64,000 nt of DNA. Origin: Selenomonadaceae bacterium (lineage in GTDB: Bacteria; Bacillota; Negativicutes; Selenomonadales; Selenomonadaceae). Below the pieces are notes generated by a model. That model saw only the letters and a list, made by a program, of their open reading frames with translations. It searched no databases and was not told the origin of the DNA. The position numbers were made by a program, and so were the translations under genes. The stretch covers positions 1,159 through 65,158 of the forward strand of contig JAILRS010000033.1 of NCBI GenBank assembly GCA_024698045.1, in the 5' to 3' direction. Of the stretch, positions 27,733-38,046 are shown piece after piece. Position 1 is the first letter of the stretch, and every line of letters starts with the position of its first letter.

Positions 27733-27792
27733 ATCATAATTGCAGTTTTTGATTATCGGCGTTATAATTGTCAAAAAAGGAGGCTGATATAA

Positions 27793-29043
27793 TTGATTCA
27801 GGAAAATAGAGTTGTGGTTACCGGATTGGGTGCTGTTTCTCCCATAGGAATCGGCAAAGAAAAATTTTGGGAGGCACTCAAAGCCGGCACGAACGGAATC
27901 GGAAAAATTACTCTGTTCGATGCAAGCGATTACGGTTCACAGATTGCCGGCGAAGTTTTGGATTTTGATCCTGCGCAGTTCATTGACAAAAAAGAACTCA
28001 AACGCATGGATCGCTACACTCAATTTGCTCTAGCCGCGACAAAACTTGCTTACGAAGATGCCAAATTGAACGACGAAAATTTAGACGGCGAACGCGCGGG
28101 AGTTTTTGTCGGCACGGGTATCGGCGGCATGAGTACTCTTCACAGTCAATATCAAAAGCTCTTTGAAAAAGGTCCTTCGCGAATCAGTCCGTTTTTTATC
28201 CCGATGATGATAGCCAATATGGCGGCAGGTAATATTGCGATTGCTTTCAAATTGCAAGGTCCCAGCGAATGCATAGTCACGGCTTGCGCATCGGGTACAA
28301 ATTCAATCGGCGACGCTTTCAGAGTAATTCAGCGCGGCGAAGCCGATATCATGTTCGCAGGCGGTACCGAAGCGGCTATTTCTCCTGCAGGTGTGGCAGG
28401 TTTTGCGTCTATGAAGGCTCTTTGTTCAGACCATAATGACGATCCTGCACATGCCTCCAGACCGTTTGATAAAAATCGTAGCGGTTTCATTATGGGCGAA
28501 GGTTCCGGCATTATCGTCTTGGAAAATTTGGAACACGCCAAAGCACGCGGCGCACATATTTACGCGGAAATTGTCGGCTACGGTCGCAATGATGACGCTT
28601 ACCACATTACGACTCCCGCGCCCGGCGGAAAAACTCAAGCCCGTTGCATGCAGTTGGCTTTGGATGACGCAGGACTCAAGCCCGAAGATATTGACTATGT
28701 AAATGCTCACGGCACTTCAACTCATTTCAACGATCAGAGCGAAACCGAAGCAATTAAAATGCTTTTCGGCGAACACGCTTACAAATTGGCAGTCTCCTCA
28801 ACAAAATCCATGACGGGGCATATGTTGGGCGCGGCAGGCGGTATCGAGGCAGTCGCGACGGTTTTGTCAATCGAAAATAATATCGTTCATCCTACGATTA
28901 ACTACGAGACACCCGACGAAGGTCTTGATTTAAACTACGTGCCGAACACTGCGCAGGAGCGTACGGTTAACGCGGCTATCTCCAATTCTTTCGGATTCGG
29001 CGGACACAATGCTTGCGTTGCCTTTAAAAAATTCGTCGACTAA
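27793..29043 (+). CDS. fabF: 3-oxoacyl-ACP synthase II
   Basis: RVVVTGLGAVSPIG...ACASGTNSIGDA...HGTST..ND..E...GHMLGAAG...NSFGFGGHN. TTG start 9 nt after AGGAGG. Confidence 0.96.
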   Translation: MIQENRVVVTGLGAVSPIGIGKEKFWEALKAGTNGIGKITLFDASDYGSQIAGEVLDFDPAQFIDKKELKRMDRYTQFALAATKLAYEDAKLNDENLDGERAGVFVGTGIGGMSTLHSQYQKLFEKGPSRISPFFIPMMIANMAAGNIAIAFKLQGPSECIVTACASGTNSIGDAFRVIQRGEADIMFAGGTEAAISPAGVAGFASMKALCSDHNDDPAHASRPFDKNRSGFIMGEGSGIIVLENLEHAKARGAHIYAEIVGYGRNDDAYHITTPAPGGKTQARCMQLALDDAGLKPEDIDYVNAHGTSTHFNDQSETEAIKMLFGEHAYKLAVSSTKSMTGHMLGAAGGIEAVATVLSIENNIVHPTINYETPDEGLDLNYVPNTAQERTVNAAISNSFGFGGHNACVAFKKFVD

Positions 29044-29056
29044 AAATTTTTTCCGC

Positions 29057-29096
29057 AAAAAAAATCCCTCGCAACTTTCTGCGGGGGATTTTTTTA
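29057..29096. terminator. bidirectional Rho-independent terminator (fabF / cheV)
   Basis: AAAAAAAA ATCCCTCGC aactttct GCGGGGGAT TTTTTT. Confidence 0.7.
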
Positions 29097-29117
29097 TTAC
29101 GAATTTTGACGGTCGAC

Positions 29118-30095
29118 TTACTTTTTGCCGAAGATAAATTTATCCAAAAGCTCAATAAGTTGACCGATTTCGGGTTTGGATATCTGAGCACTCGCGCCCA
29201 AATCTTCGCCCTTCAAACGCATTTCTTCGTTGATTAACGACGAGAACAGAACGAAAGGAACATCCGTGAGACGTTCGTTATTGCGGACGAGTTTTAATAA
29301 TCTGTGACCGTCCATCTTCGGCATCTCGACGTCGGAAACGATAATGCCGACGTGTTCGGAAATATCGCCCTCTTTCGCGGCAAGTGTCTGCAGATAATTC
29401 CACGCATCTTGACCGTTGCCGAAATCGCGGACGAAACGATAACCGGAATCGTGCAGAGTAGAGACAAGCAAATCGCGCAACATCGGGGAGTCTTCCGCGA
29501 CAACAACATGAACATCGGCACGCAGTGAACGAACATCCGCATTTGCATCCGATACCGTTGTAAGTTTTGCGTTGATTTCGGGATTTATTTCCGCAATGAT
29601 TGTTTCAAAGTCGAGGAGCAAGACAATTCTGTCGGGCATTTTGATTATACCGACAACGCGGCTTTGATCGCCGACTTCGGGCGACGGCTCCATATTTTTC
29701 CATGAAATGCGGTGGATACGCGAAACATTTTCGACTAAGAAACCGATGTTGTAGTTATTGATTTCCGTGACGATAATATTTTTTGCGTAGTCACTGTTCG
29801 CAACATTAAGACAGCGCGGAAGATTTACAAGGGGAATAGCCTTGCCGCGAAGAGTAAATAAACCGTCGATATATGGATGAGCCTGAGGCATTGCGGTTAC
29901 GGGTGCACGCTGGATAACCTCGCGAACTTTGGCGACGTTTATACCGTAATTGACGGCACCTATACTAAATTCAACTATCTCAAATTCATTCGTACCGGTC
30001 TCAAGCAGAATACCCTTTTTATCGCCGAAGACATCTTCGCCGCCTATGCGCGCTCTGTCTTTTTCTTTACCGGAATTTTTTCCAATCTGCGCCAT
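29118..30095 (-). CDS. cheV: chemotaxis coupling protein CheV (CheW domain plus receiver domain)
   Basis: ATG 30095 is 8 nt after GGAGG. LLETGTNEFEIVEFSIGAVNYGINVAKVREVI is the CheW-like part. VVVAEDSPMLRDLL...SDVEMPKMDG is the REC domain. Confidence 0.9.
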   Translation of the reverse strand: MAQIGKNSGKEKDRARIGGEDVFGDKKGILLETGTNEFEIVEFSIGAVNYGINVAKVREVIQRAPVTAMPQAHPYIDGLFTLRGKAIPLVNLPRCLNVANSDYAKNIIVTEINNYNIGFLVENVSRIHRISWKNMEPSPEVGDQSRVVGIIKMPDRIVLLLDFETIIAEINPEINAKLTTVSDANADVRSLRADVHVVVAEDSPMLRDLLVSTLHDSGYRFVRDFGNGQDAWNYLQTLAAKEGDISEHVGIIVSDVEMPKMDGHRLLKLVRNNERLTDVPFVLFSSLINEEMRLKGEDLGASAQISKPEIGQLIELLDKFIFGKK

Positions 30096-30195
30096 GAAAT
30101 CCGCCTCCATTTAGTAAGCCTATTAATTGATTGAATTTTTCGCCGCAAAATATTTTAATCCTTCAAAACACAATGTTTTTTTTGGGCAAACGATT

Positions 30196-30570
30196 TCATT
30201 CGCCGTCCTCACTCTGAAATATCGGGAAGGCAATTAAAAATTTTTCACGGAAAACCATCATGAGTTCGATTAACGCCAAGGATAAAGTTTTGCGTTGAGA
30301 ATCGCGCGGCGGTAAAAATGTCTCGACAAAACTTTTGGCATCACCCAATTCAAAAAATTGTTGACCTAAAGAATAAAATCCCACTGTCAATGCGGCTATC
30401 GCTCCCACCGTCCACGGCAATGCCGTTACAATTTTTTTCGCGACAAATTGAATTGCCAAACCGATTGCCACCAAACCGTAAAGAAAAATTTTGGGTGATT
30501 TCATTATCAGAGCAAGCACGATTAACAGTGAAAATACGACAACCACAATTGTAACCAACACGCCGAACAT
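30196..30570 (-). CDS. small integral membrane protein, unknown function
   Basis: 124 aa, 3 predicted TM helices. Start is 33 nt after the TRAP permease stop, with a GGGGAAGTGA RBS. Confidence 0.55.
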   Translation of the reverse strand: MFGVLVTIVVVVFSLLIVLALIMKSPKIFLYGLVAIGLAIQFVAKKIVTALPWTVGAIAALTVGFYSLGQQFFELGDAKSFVETFLPPRDSQRKTLSLALIELMMVFREKFLIAFPIFQSEDGE

Positions 30571-30603
30571 GTTATCACTTCCCCAAAAAATTTTTTCGGT
30601 TAA

Positions 30604-32541
30604 TCAAGCTTCCTTGTTGTTGCGAATTTGTATGCCGAGTATCACCGCAAAAATAGCTACGCCGATAACATCCGTGACCCAACCCGGATTGATTAACAGC
30701 AGACCGCCGCAGAACAATATAACTCGTTGCAAAGTATTCATCGATGCGGCAAGGTATCCGATTAACGACGAACTCAGCGCAATCATGCCGATAATCGCCG
30801 TGAACAATATCAATATCGTTTCAATCTCGAATCCGTTAATCAAAAGCAATTCGGGACTTAATACGAACATGTACGGGATGATGAAAGCCGCGATTGCCAA
30901 CTTTGATGCGTTAACACCCGTTCGCAATGCGTTGCCGCCCGATATGCCCGAACCTGCATATGCCGCCAATGCTACGGGTGGAGTGACGTCCGCTATGATG
31001 CCGAAGTAAAATACGAACATATGAGCCGCCAAAATCGGGACGCCTATACCGATTAATGCAGGCGCGGCAATTGTCGATGTGATAACGTAGTTGGCGGTAG
31101 TGGGAACCCCCATACCGAGTAAAATCGCCGTTAGCATTGTAAGAAACATAGCCGGAAGAATTAAGCCGCCCGATAAATTCAAAAGTGTCGACGCCAATTT
31201 TAATCCGACGCCCGTCTTTGTAACAACGCCGATTATTATGCCTGCCGACGCGCACGCAATCAACACACCCAAAACATTTCTTGCACCCGTCTCCAAGCCC
31301 TTGACTATTTCCATCGGCGACATACGCGTTTCTGCCTTTAAAGCCGATGCGACAATTGACAGGACAATAGCAATAAGTGCCGCGCGCATTGGGGTATAGC
31401 CGCTGACCAACAAGTAAACTATGACTATCAACGGTATCGCCAAATGTCCGCGTGTTCTTAAAATTTCTCCCAACTTCGGAAGTTGATCGCGCGGAATGCC
31501 CTGCAAATTATTTCTCTTCGCTTCAAAGTGAACACCCAACCATACCCCGGCAAAATAAAGTATCGCAGGAATAATAGCCGCCTTGACGATTTCAATGTAG
31601 GGTACGCCGACAAATTCAGCCATGAGGAAAGCCGCCGCGCCCATGACGGGGGGCATTAACTGTCCGCCTGTTGAGGCCGCCGCCTCTACCGCGCCCGCAA
31701 AATCTTTGTGGTAACCTAATTTTTTCATCATCGGGATTGTTAACGAACCTGTGCCGACAACATTTGCGACGGAACTGCCGCTGACAGTACCCATCAAGCC
31801 GCTGGACAACACCGCGACTTTTGCGGGGCCGCCGCTCGCCCAACCTGCTATTGCGTTCGCCGAATCAATAAAAAATTTTCCTAAGCCCGTGCCTTCCAAA
31901 TACGCGCCGAATAAAATAAAAAGAAAGATAAAAGTCGACGAGACACCGAGCGGAATACCGAAAATGCCTTCTGTCGTGAAGAAAACATGACTGACAAAAT
32001 AATCCACGGTTAATCCGCGATGCGCCAAAATCCCCGGCATGTAGGGACCTGCGAAAGCGTAGGCAATAAACAAAAGCACCACGCAAACCATTGGGATTCC
32101 GACAACGCGCCGCGCCGCCTCGATTACCAATAAAATTCCGATTGCACCGACAATAACATCGGTTGTAGTGGGAAGTGCTGCACGCAAAATCAGTTCGCGA
32201 TAATTTATAACTATGTAGGCAGGAGCCGCCGCGCCCATGATTGCTAAAATTAAATCGACGGGATGAAGTTTATCGCGCCGCCATGATTTTAATGTCGGAT
32301 ATAACAAATATGATAAGCATAAACCAAAACCCAAATGGATTGCGCGTTGCAGTTGCGCGTCCAATAATCCGAATGTCGCCGTGTATAATTGAAATACCGA
32401 AAAGCTTATTGCCAGTGCGGAAACAATTTTCGCCATTATTCCCGTATATTCCATTGTGTTGGATTCGTTGTCGTATTTTTTTAAAACTTCCTCGGCAGTC
32501 ATCTCTTTTCTCTTACTATCCAAAATTTTCACATCCCTCAT
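30604..32541 (-). CDS. TRAP transporter fused 4TM/12TM permease (TAXI-type)
   Basis: 645 aa polytopic protein. Size and the DctM-like repeats match fused TAXI-TRAP permeases. No solute-binding protein gene is adjacent. Confidence 0.85.
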   Translation of the reverse strand: MRDVKILDSKRKEMTAEEVLKKYDNESNTMEYTGIMAKIVSALAISFSVFQLYTATFGLLDAQLQRAIHLGFGLCLSYLLYPTLKSWRRDKLHPVDLILAIMGAAAPAYIVINYRELILRAALPTTTDVIVGAIGILLVIEAARRVVGIPMVCVVLLFIAYAFAGPYMPGILAHRGLTVDYFVSHVFFTTEGIFGIPLGVSSTFIFLFILFGAYLEGTGLGKFFIDSANAIAGWASGGPAKVAVLSSGLMGTVSGSSVANVVGTGSLTIPMMKKLGYHKDFAGAVEAAASTGGQLMPPVMGAAAFLMAEFVGVPYIEIVKAAIIPAILYFAGVWLGVHFEAKRNNLQGIPRDQLPKLGEILRTRGHLAIPLIVIVYLLVSGYTPMRAALIAIVLSIVASALKAETRMSPMEIVKGLETGARNVLGVLIACASAGIIIGVVTKTGVGLKLASTLLNLSGGLILPAMFLTMLTAILLGMGVPTTANYVITSTIAAPALIGIGVPILAAHMFVFYFGIIADVTPPVALAAYAGSGISGGNALRTGVNASKLAIAAFIIPYMFVLSPELLLINGFEIETILILFTAIIGMIALSSSLIGYLAASMNTLQRVILFCGGLLLINPGWVTDVIGVAIFAVILGIQIRNNKEA

Positions 32542-32791
32542 TTTTTATTGCTTGGTGTCTTGTAAACAGCTTACGAATTTTTATCGGCAAACGATAAATC
32601 CGTTCGCATGCACATGACAAGCGCGTTGAATTCGTTTTTTTTCCGTATCGCCTCCCCGTAATCTTTGGTGGACGATTCATGAATTTTTTGACAGTACATC
32701 TTTCCCTTGATGCAACAAATCAAGTTCGTTCATGAAAGTTTTCCTTTTCGCAATGTCGCGTTGAAATTTGCGCCGTTAAATTCATGACTGT

Positions 32792-32820
32792 ATATTATCA
32801 CAAGTACATATGATTCGCAA
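32792..32820 (-). promoter_or_regulatory. sigma-70-type promoter for the TRAP permease operon
   Basis: On the minus strand: TTGCGA (32820-32815), 17 nt spacer, TAATAT (32797-32792). This implies a ~240 nt leader. Confidence 0.45.
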
Positions 32821-32855
32821 AGTTTTGTCTGAATATACCGCCGATATTCGGAGTC

Positions 32856-32884
32856 TTGAAAATTATCTGTAAGAGTGTTATACT
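32856..32884 (+). promoter_or_regulatory. sigma-70-type promoter for the dehydrogenase operon
   Basis: TTGAAA (32856-32861), 17 nt spacer, TATACT (32879-32884). Confidence 0.5.
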
Positions 32885-32909
32885 TCGCCGCGTGAAGAGG
32901 TGATTTGAA

Positions 32910-33788
32910 ATGGTTGCTCTGAAGAAAATCGGATTTATCGGTACCGGCATAATGGGCGCGGCTATGGCGGGACATTTGATGGATGCAGGTTTTGAAGTCA
33001 GTGTCTACAACCGCACGAAGTCAAAAGCGCAAGGCTTGATTAATCGCGGTGCTCATTGGTGCGAAACGGTCGGCGAATGTGCCAAAAATCAAGACGTCGT
33101 CATAACAATCGTCGGTTACCCAAAAGATGTTGAGGCGGTTTATCTCGGCGAAGGCGGCATTGTCGATTCTGCCAAAGAAGGCGCGTATTTAATCGACATG
33201 ACAACTTCATCGCCGATTCTCGCCGAAAAAATTTACACGGCGGCGAAGGTCAAGAAACTTCACGCGGTAGATGCTCCCGTCACGGGCGGAGACGTCGGCG
33301 CGCGTAATGCCACATTAACAATTTTGGTCGGAGGCGACGAAGACGATTTCAATGCCCTTCAACCTGTCTTTGCGGCGATGGGAAAAAATATAGTCTACGA
33401 AGGCGCGGCAGGTGCGGGACAAAAGACAAAGGCTTGCAATCAAATTGCGATAGCCGGGACGTTGGCAGGAGTTTGCGAGGCATTTGCATATGCCAAAGCG
33501 TCGGGGCTTGATGTCGAGAAAGTTTATTCGGCGATTGCGACGGGTGCCGCGGGATCCTTCCAAATGACAGGCGTAGCGCGCAAAGGTTTGGACGGCGATT
33601 TTAATCCCGGGTTCATGCTCAAACATTTCGGAAAAGATTTGTCAATCGGTAGCGAAACCGCCACGGCTTACGGCGCGGCTCTTCCCGTATTGGCTATGGT
33701 TCTTCACGAAGTTCGTCAGCTTGAGGCTTCGGGCGAAGGAAATTTAGGCACGCAAGCTCTGTTAAAATACTACGGAGTAATTGAATGA
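32910..33788 (+). CDS. NAD(P)-dependent beta-hydroxyacid dehydrogenase (3-hydroxyisobutyrate / tartronate semialdehyde reductase family)
   Basis: KIGFIGTGIMGAAMAGHLMDAGFEVSVYNRT...DAPVTGG...GAGQKTKACNQ. Confidence 0.88.
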   Translation: MVALKKIGFIGTGIMGAAMAGHLMDAGFEVSVYNRTKSKAQGLINRGAHWCETVGECAKNQDVVITIVGYPKDVEAVYLGEGGIVDSAKEGAYLIDMTTSSPILAEKIYTAAKVKKLHAVDAPVTGGDVGARNATLTILVGGDEDDFNALQPVFAAMGKNIVYEGAAGAGQKTKACNQIAIAGTLAGVCEAFAYAKASGLDVEKVYSAIATGAAGSFQMTGVARKGLDGDFNPGFMLKHFGKDLSIGSETATAYGAALPVLAMVLHEVRQLEASGEGNLGTQALLKYYGVIE

Positions 33789-34474
33789 TGAGTACGATTT
33801 TTATCACGGGCGCGAATAAGGGAATCGGTTTTGCGCTTGCCGAAGAATTGTTGAAGAAAAATTTTCGCGTGATTGTCGGGGCGCGTGACTTAAAGCGCGG
33901 AAGCGATGCGGTGAAAATTTTGTCGACATTCGGCGAAGTTCATCTTCAATTAATCGACGTTGCGGATTTGGAAAGTATTCGCAGGGCGGCGCAGGACGTC
34001 GCAAAAAATTTCGGCGATTTGACAATGCTGATAAATAACGCAGGAATCGCCGGGGATATGCATAAAACCGCGTGGGATTTTTCTGCGCAGGAGTTAATCG
34101 AAGTCTACATGACCGATTTTATCGGCGCGTTTGAGTTGACGAAAAATCTTTTGCCGCTCCTCGAAAAAAATCACGGGCGGATAGTAAATATCACGATGCC
34201 GACCAATGCCACGGAATTTTTCCACCCGTTGGCTTATCAAGCCGCAAAGGCTCCAATGAATATCATGATAGACAATTTTGGATTCGAGTTCGCACAGAAA
34301 AAAATGTCTGCGCAGATTTTCGGATTAATGCCCGGAGTTGTCTCTACCGATTTAAACAATCACATTCAGGGCGCACATGTTAAATCACCGTCACAATCGG
34401 CAAAACAGATGACAGAAATTATTTTAGATAACAGAAATCTCAACGGTCAAATTATTGACGTTGACAAGTTTTAG
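33785..34474 (+). CDS. short-chain dehydrogenase/reductase (classical SDR)
   Basis: [23 protein letters not shown]...NNAGI...YQAAKAP. The start overlaps the upstream stop (ATGA). Confidence 0.85.
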   Translation: MMSTIFITGANKGIGFALAEELLKKNFRVIVGARDLKRGSDAVKILSTFGEVHLQLIDVADLESIRRAAQDVAKNFGDLTMLINNAGIAGDMHKTAWDFSAQELIEVYMTDFIGAFELTKNLLPLLEKNHGRIVNITMPTNATEFFHPLAYQAAKAPMNIMIDNFGFEFAQKKMSAQIFGLMPGVVSTDLNNHIQGAHVKSPSQSAKQMTEIILDNRNLNGQIIDVDKF

Positions 34475-34485
34475 GAGGAATTATC

Positions 34486-34932
34486 TTGTTAGACGAATTT
34501 AAAAAGTTTATTATGCGCGGCAACGTTGTCGACATGGCAACGGGTGTTATTATCGGTGCGGCGTTCGGCAAAATTGTTTCGTCGTTCACTGCGGATATTT
34601 TGATGCCGCCCCTCGGTATATTGCTCGGTAAAGTTGACTTCTCGAATTTCTATCTCAATCTTTCGAGCACGCAATATGAATCATTGGCAGCCGCGAAAGA
34701 GGCAGGCGCGCCCGTCATTGCTTACGGTGCCTTCCTCAATGTTTGTTTGGACTTTTTAATCTTGGCCACGGCGATTTTCATTTTGATTAAACAAGTCAAT
34801 CGTTTGATGCCTGCGCCGCCCCCCGCACCTGTTCCGCGCAAATGTCCCTTCTGCCGCGAAGTTGTTGCCGACGACGCTACTAAATGTCCTCACTGCGCCT
34901 CAGACATTGCGGACGATATCAAGAAGAAGTAA
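34486..34932 (+). CDS. mscL: large-conductance mechanosensitive channel with a C-terminal CxxC...CxxC tail
   Basis: [41 protein letters not shown] is the MscL signature. The tail is [24 protein letters not shown]. Confidence 0.93.
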   Translation: MLDEFKKFIMRGNVVDMATGVIIGAAFGKIVSSFTADILMPPLGILLGKVDFSNFYLNLSSTQYESLAAAKEAGAPVIAYGAFLNVCLDFLILATAIFILIKQVNRLMPAPPPAPVPRKCPFCREVVADDATKCPHCASDIADDIKKK

Positions 34933-34944
34933 ACGATTAACCAT

Positions 34945-34988
34945 AAAAAAATTTATCCCCACCGCGTTAACGATGGGGATTTTTTTTC
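34945..34988. terminator. bidirectional Rho-independent terminator (mscL / pyk)
   Basis: AAAAAAATTT ATCCCCA ccgcgttaacga TGGGGAT TTTTTTT. Confidence 0.7.
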
Positions 34989-35021
34989 GTATAATGTGCG
35001 GAAGTTTAATCCGCGATTAAT

Positions 35022-36434
35022 TTAGATTGTGTAGAGTCTGATTGAAGAGGTACCGCCTTCGCCGTACTTCATGCCGGCTGTCATGATAACCAAATCATCT
35101 TTGGCGACGTAATTCTTTTCAAGTGCGCTGTTCGCAGAAAACTCAATCATCTGAACGATATCAAGCCACGGAGTACCTGGAATCGGGAAGACACCCCAAC
35201 GCAAATTCAAATGACGCGCAACCTTATGATCGGGCGTAAAGGCAATGATTGAAGCCTTCGGGCGATATTTGGAGACGACACGCGTTGTGTAACCGGATTT
35301 TGTGGGCGTGACGATTGCGGCGGCATTCAGTTCGTAAGCAAGCTGAACGGTAGCATGTGCGATAGCGTCCGTGTGCGAATTTTTTCTGCCGATACCCTTC
35401 ATAATGAATATGTCTTTGTATTCGAGTGATTCCTCGATACGCGTCGCAATTTGGTTCATCATTTGAACGGCCTCGACGGGATATTTGCCGCTTGCTGTTT
35501 CGCCGCTCAACATGATTGCGTCTGCGCCGTCAATGATAGCGTTACCGACGTCGGAAACTTCTGCGCGAGTGGGGCGAGGATTGACAGTCATACTTTCCAA
35601 CATCTGTGTAGCGACAACAACGGGTTTACCAATCGCGTTACATTTTTTGATTATATCCTTTTGGATAATCGGAACGTCTTCGGCAGGAATCTCGACGCCC
35701 AAATCGCCGCGCGCAATCATTATACCGTCACTTGCCTCGATTATCTCGTCAATGTTCTTGACGCCCTCGAGGTTTTCGATTTTGGAAATAATTTCCATGT
35801 GACTGTTGTTTGCGACAATCAGTTTACGAATTGCCTCGACATCGGAAGCGCGTTGAATGAAACTGGCCGCGACGAAATCCATATCGTTTTCAATGCCGAA
35901 CAAAATATCTTTCTCATCCTGTTCGGAGATTGCGGGCAGACCGAGAGAAACACCGGGCGCGGCGACGCGTTTGCGACTGCTCATCTTACCTGAATTAAGA
36001 ATCGTCGTGTAAATATTTTTGTTTTCAATCTTGTCGATTCTCAATTCAACCAAGCCGTCATTTAATAACAACTTGTTACCAACTTGAACTTCGGTGTAAA
36101 GGAGTTTATGAGTGACGCTGGCTTGTTTTTCATCGCCGAGAATGTCGTCGTTAACGAGCGTGAAGGTATTACCCTCGACAAGTTGTACGGAACCGTCTTT
36201 GAATTCGCCCAGACGCATTTCGGGGCCTTTGGTGTCGAGAATCATCGAAATGATTTGACCCGTCTTGATTGCCGCCTCTCTTACCGCGTCGATACGTTTC
36301 TTATGTCCTGCATGATCTCCGTGCGAGAAATTGAAGCGTGCGCAGTTCATTCCGTGCTGAATCAGTCCTTCGATTACCCCGGGATTATCCGTGGCCGGTC
36401 CTTGCGTGCAAATAATTTTTGTTTTCTTAAGCAT
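35022..36434 (-). CDS. pyk: pyruvate kinase
   Basis: MLKKTKIICTQGPAT...NFSHG...MIARGDLGVEIP...ATQMLESM. 470 aa with no PEP-utiliser extension. Confidence 0.97.
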   Translation of the reverse strand: MLKKTKIICTQGPATDNPGVIEGLIQHGMNCARFNFSHGDHAGHKKRIDAVREAAIKTGQIISMILDTKGPEMRLGEFKDGSVQLVEGNTFTLVNDDILGDEKQASVTHKLLYTEVQVGNKLLLNDGLVELRIDKIENKNIYTTILNSGKMSSRKRVAAPGVSLGLPAISEQDEKDILFGIENDMDFVAASFIQRASDVEAIRKLIVANNSHMEIISKIENLEGVKNIDEIIEASDGIMIARGDLGVEIPAEDVPIIQKDIIKKCNAIGKPVVVATQMLESMTVNPRPTRAEVSDVGNAIIDGADAIMLSGETASGKYPVEAVQMMNQIATRIEESLEYKDIFIMKGIGRKNSHTDAIAHATVQLAYELNAAAIVTPTKSGYTTRVVSKYRPKASIIAFTPDHKVARHLNLRWGVFPIPGTPWLDIVQMIEFSANSALEKNYVAKDDLVIMTAGMKYGEGGTSSIRLYTI

Positions 36435-36638
36435 ACTTCGCCCCTCCTAAGAATTTTTATATATTATACACGATTTATCCATGTGCACAAAATAAAATTG
36501 AAAAAATTTTTGAGGTCTAATATAATATTTTGACCTAAGGGGTTGAAGATAATTTTTGGTAACATATTTGATTTTAACAGGAAAGGAAGTGACGGGCGCA
36601 CTTGCTCCGAATTTAGGCAGTAAAGTTGCGTCGAGCTT

Positions 36639-37508
36639 ATGAATATTTTCAAAACAGTACTTTTGATGTCGTTGATGACGGGTTTGATGGTGGCAATCGG
36701 TGGAGCGATTGGCGATTCAACGGGTGCGATAATCATGTTGATAATTTCCGTCGGTATGAATTTCGCAAGTTATTGGTTCAGCGATTCGATTGTCCTTAAT
36801 AGTTACGGTGCAAGGGAAGTAACCGAGGCGGAAGCTCCTCAACTTTGGAAAATCGTTTCGGATTTGGCAACCAAGGCAGATTTACCGATGCCGCGCGTTT
36901 ACGTAATTAACAGTGACGTTCCCAATGCTTTTGCCACGGGCAGAAATCCCGATAATGCAGCTGTAGCAGTCACGACCGGTATCATGAATGTTTTAGACTA
37001 CAATGAAATTTCGGGCGTACTTGGTCATGAATTGGCGCACGTCAAACACCGCGATATTTTAATTGGCACGATTGCCGCGTCAATGGCCGGTGTCATTTCG
37101 ATGGTTGCCAATATCGTTCAATGGGGCGCGATTTTCGGATCTCATTCGGATGACGACGATAACGGCGGCATTGTTGGTTTTCTTTTGACCGTTATTGTTG
37201 CTCCTCTTGCGGCTACTTTGATTCAGTTGGCAATATCCCGTTCGCGCGAATACGATGCCGATAAAACGGGCGGCGAAATTTGCGGTAACCCAATGTATTT
37301 GGCGCATGCGCTCGAGAAAATCGAATACTATGCACAACATGCCGCGCCTATGGCTCAAGCTGGTACCGCAACCGCTCATATGTTTATTGTCAATCCCCTT
37401 GAAAATTCCGGTAAGACACTGAAAAATTTATTCTCGACACATCCCGATACCGATGACAGAATTGCACATTTGCGCGAACAAGCAAGAGATATGAATTTGC
37501 CTGCGTAA
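36639..37508 (+). CDS. htpX: zinc metalloprotease HtpX (M48 family)
   Basis: NAFATGRNP...GVLGHELAHVKHRD (HExxH)...EYDADK. Confidence 0.94.
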   Translation: MNIFKTVLLMSLMTGLMVAIGGAIGDSTGAIIMLIISVGMNFASYWFSDSIVLNSYGAREVTEAEAPQLWKIVSDLATKADLPMPRVYVINSDVPNAFATGRNPDNAAVAVTTGIMNVLDYNEISGVLGHELAHVKHRDILIGTIAASMAGVISMVANIVQWGAIFGSHSDDDDNGGIVGFLLTVIVAPLAATLIQLAISRSREYDADKTGGEICGNPMYLAHALEKIEYYAQHAAPMAQAGTATAHMFIVNPLENSGKTLKNLFSTHPDTDDRIAHLREQARDMNLPA

Positions 37509-37530
37509 TGCGCGGATAAAATTTGACATA

Positions 37531-37571
37531 AAAAAATTCCCCGATAACTTTTGTCGGGGAAAATTTTTTTT
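37531..37571. terminator. bidirectional Rho-independent terminator (htpX / GNAT operon)
   Basis: AAAAAA TTCCCCGA taactttg TCGGGGAA AATTTTTTTT. Confidence 0.7.
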
Positions 37572-37575
37572 GCGA

Positions 37576-38046
37576 TTAATGTAAAGGCTCGTCCAAAATC
37601 ATTGCAACTTCGTCGCAGTTCGGGAACTTCGGACACTCAATACATTCTTTCCAAATTTTATGCGGCAGTGATTCCTTTGTCGTCTCCTCGAATCCGAGAG
37701 ATTGGAAGAAATCGGGACGATAAGTCAGCGTGAAAAATTCTTTGACACCGACCGCGCGTCCTTCCGCCAAAAGTTTTTCGACGATTGTTTTGCCGATTCC
37801 TTGACGCGAATAATCTTCATGTACCGCCATGGAACGAATTTCCGCCAATTCATTCCAAGTCAAATGGAGAGCACCGACGCCGACGATTTTTTTTGACTCG
37901 ACATCTTCGGCGACAATGAATTCGCGCAGAATTTCATAGAGTACACTGTGAGGTTTCGGTAACATGATTCCTTTCGCGGCATAACCGTCGATTAAATTAT
38001 AAATTTCATCCACATCGTTAAAAGTAGGTTTGCGATAGAGAAGCAT
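37576..38046 (-). CDS. GNAT-family N-acetyltransferase (ArgA-like short form) with a C-terminal Cys-rich tail
   Basis: VHEDYSRQGIGKTIVEKLL is the acetyl-CoA motif. The tail is HKIWKECIECPKFPNCDE. Last gene of the licD operon. Confidence 0.8.
   Translation of the reverse strand: MLLYRKPTFNDVDEIYNLIDGYAAKGIMLPKPHSVLYEILREFIVAEDVESKKIVGVGALHLTWNELAEIRSMAVHEDYSRQGIGKTIVEKLLAEGRAVGVKEFFTLTYRPDFFQSLGFEETTKESLPHKIWKECIECPKFPNCDEVAMILDEPLH

Noticed and set aside
32542-32975. Riboswitch or 81 aa ORF (32730..32975) in the TRAP permease leader
   Set aside because: I recognised no riboswitch core. The 81 aa ORF runs through both divergent promoters and has no RBS. The short uORFs (18-21 aa) have weak SDs.
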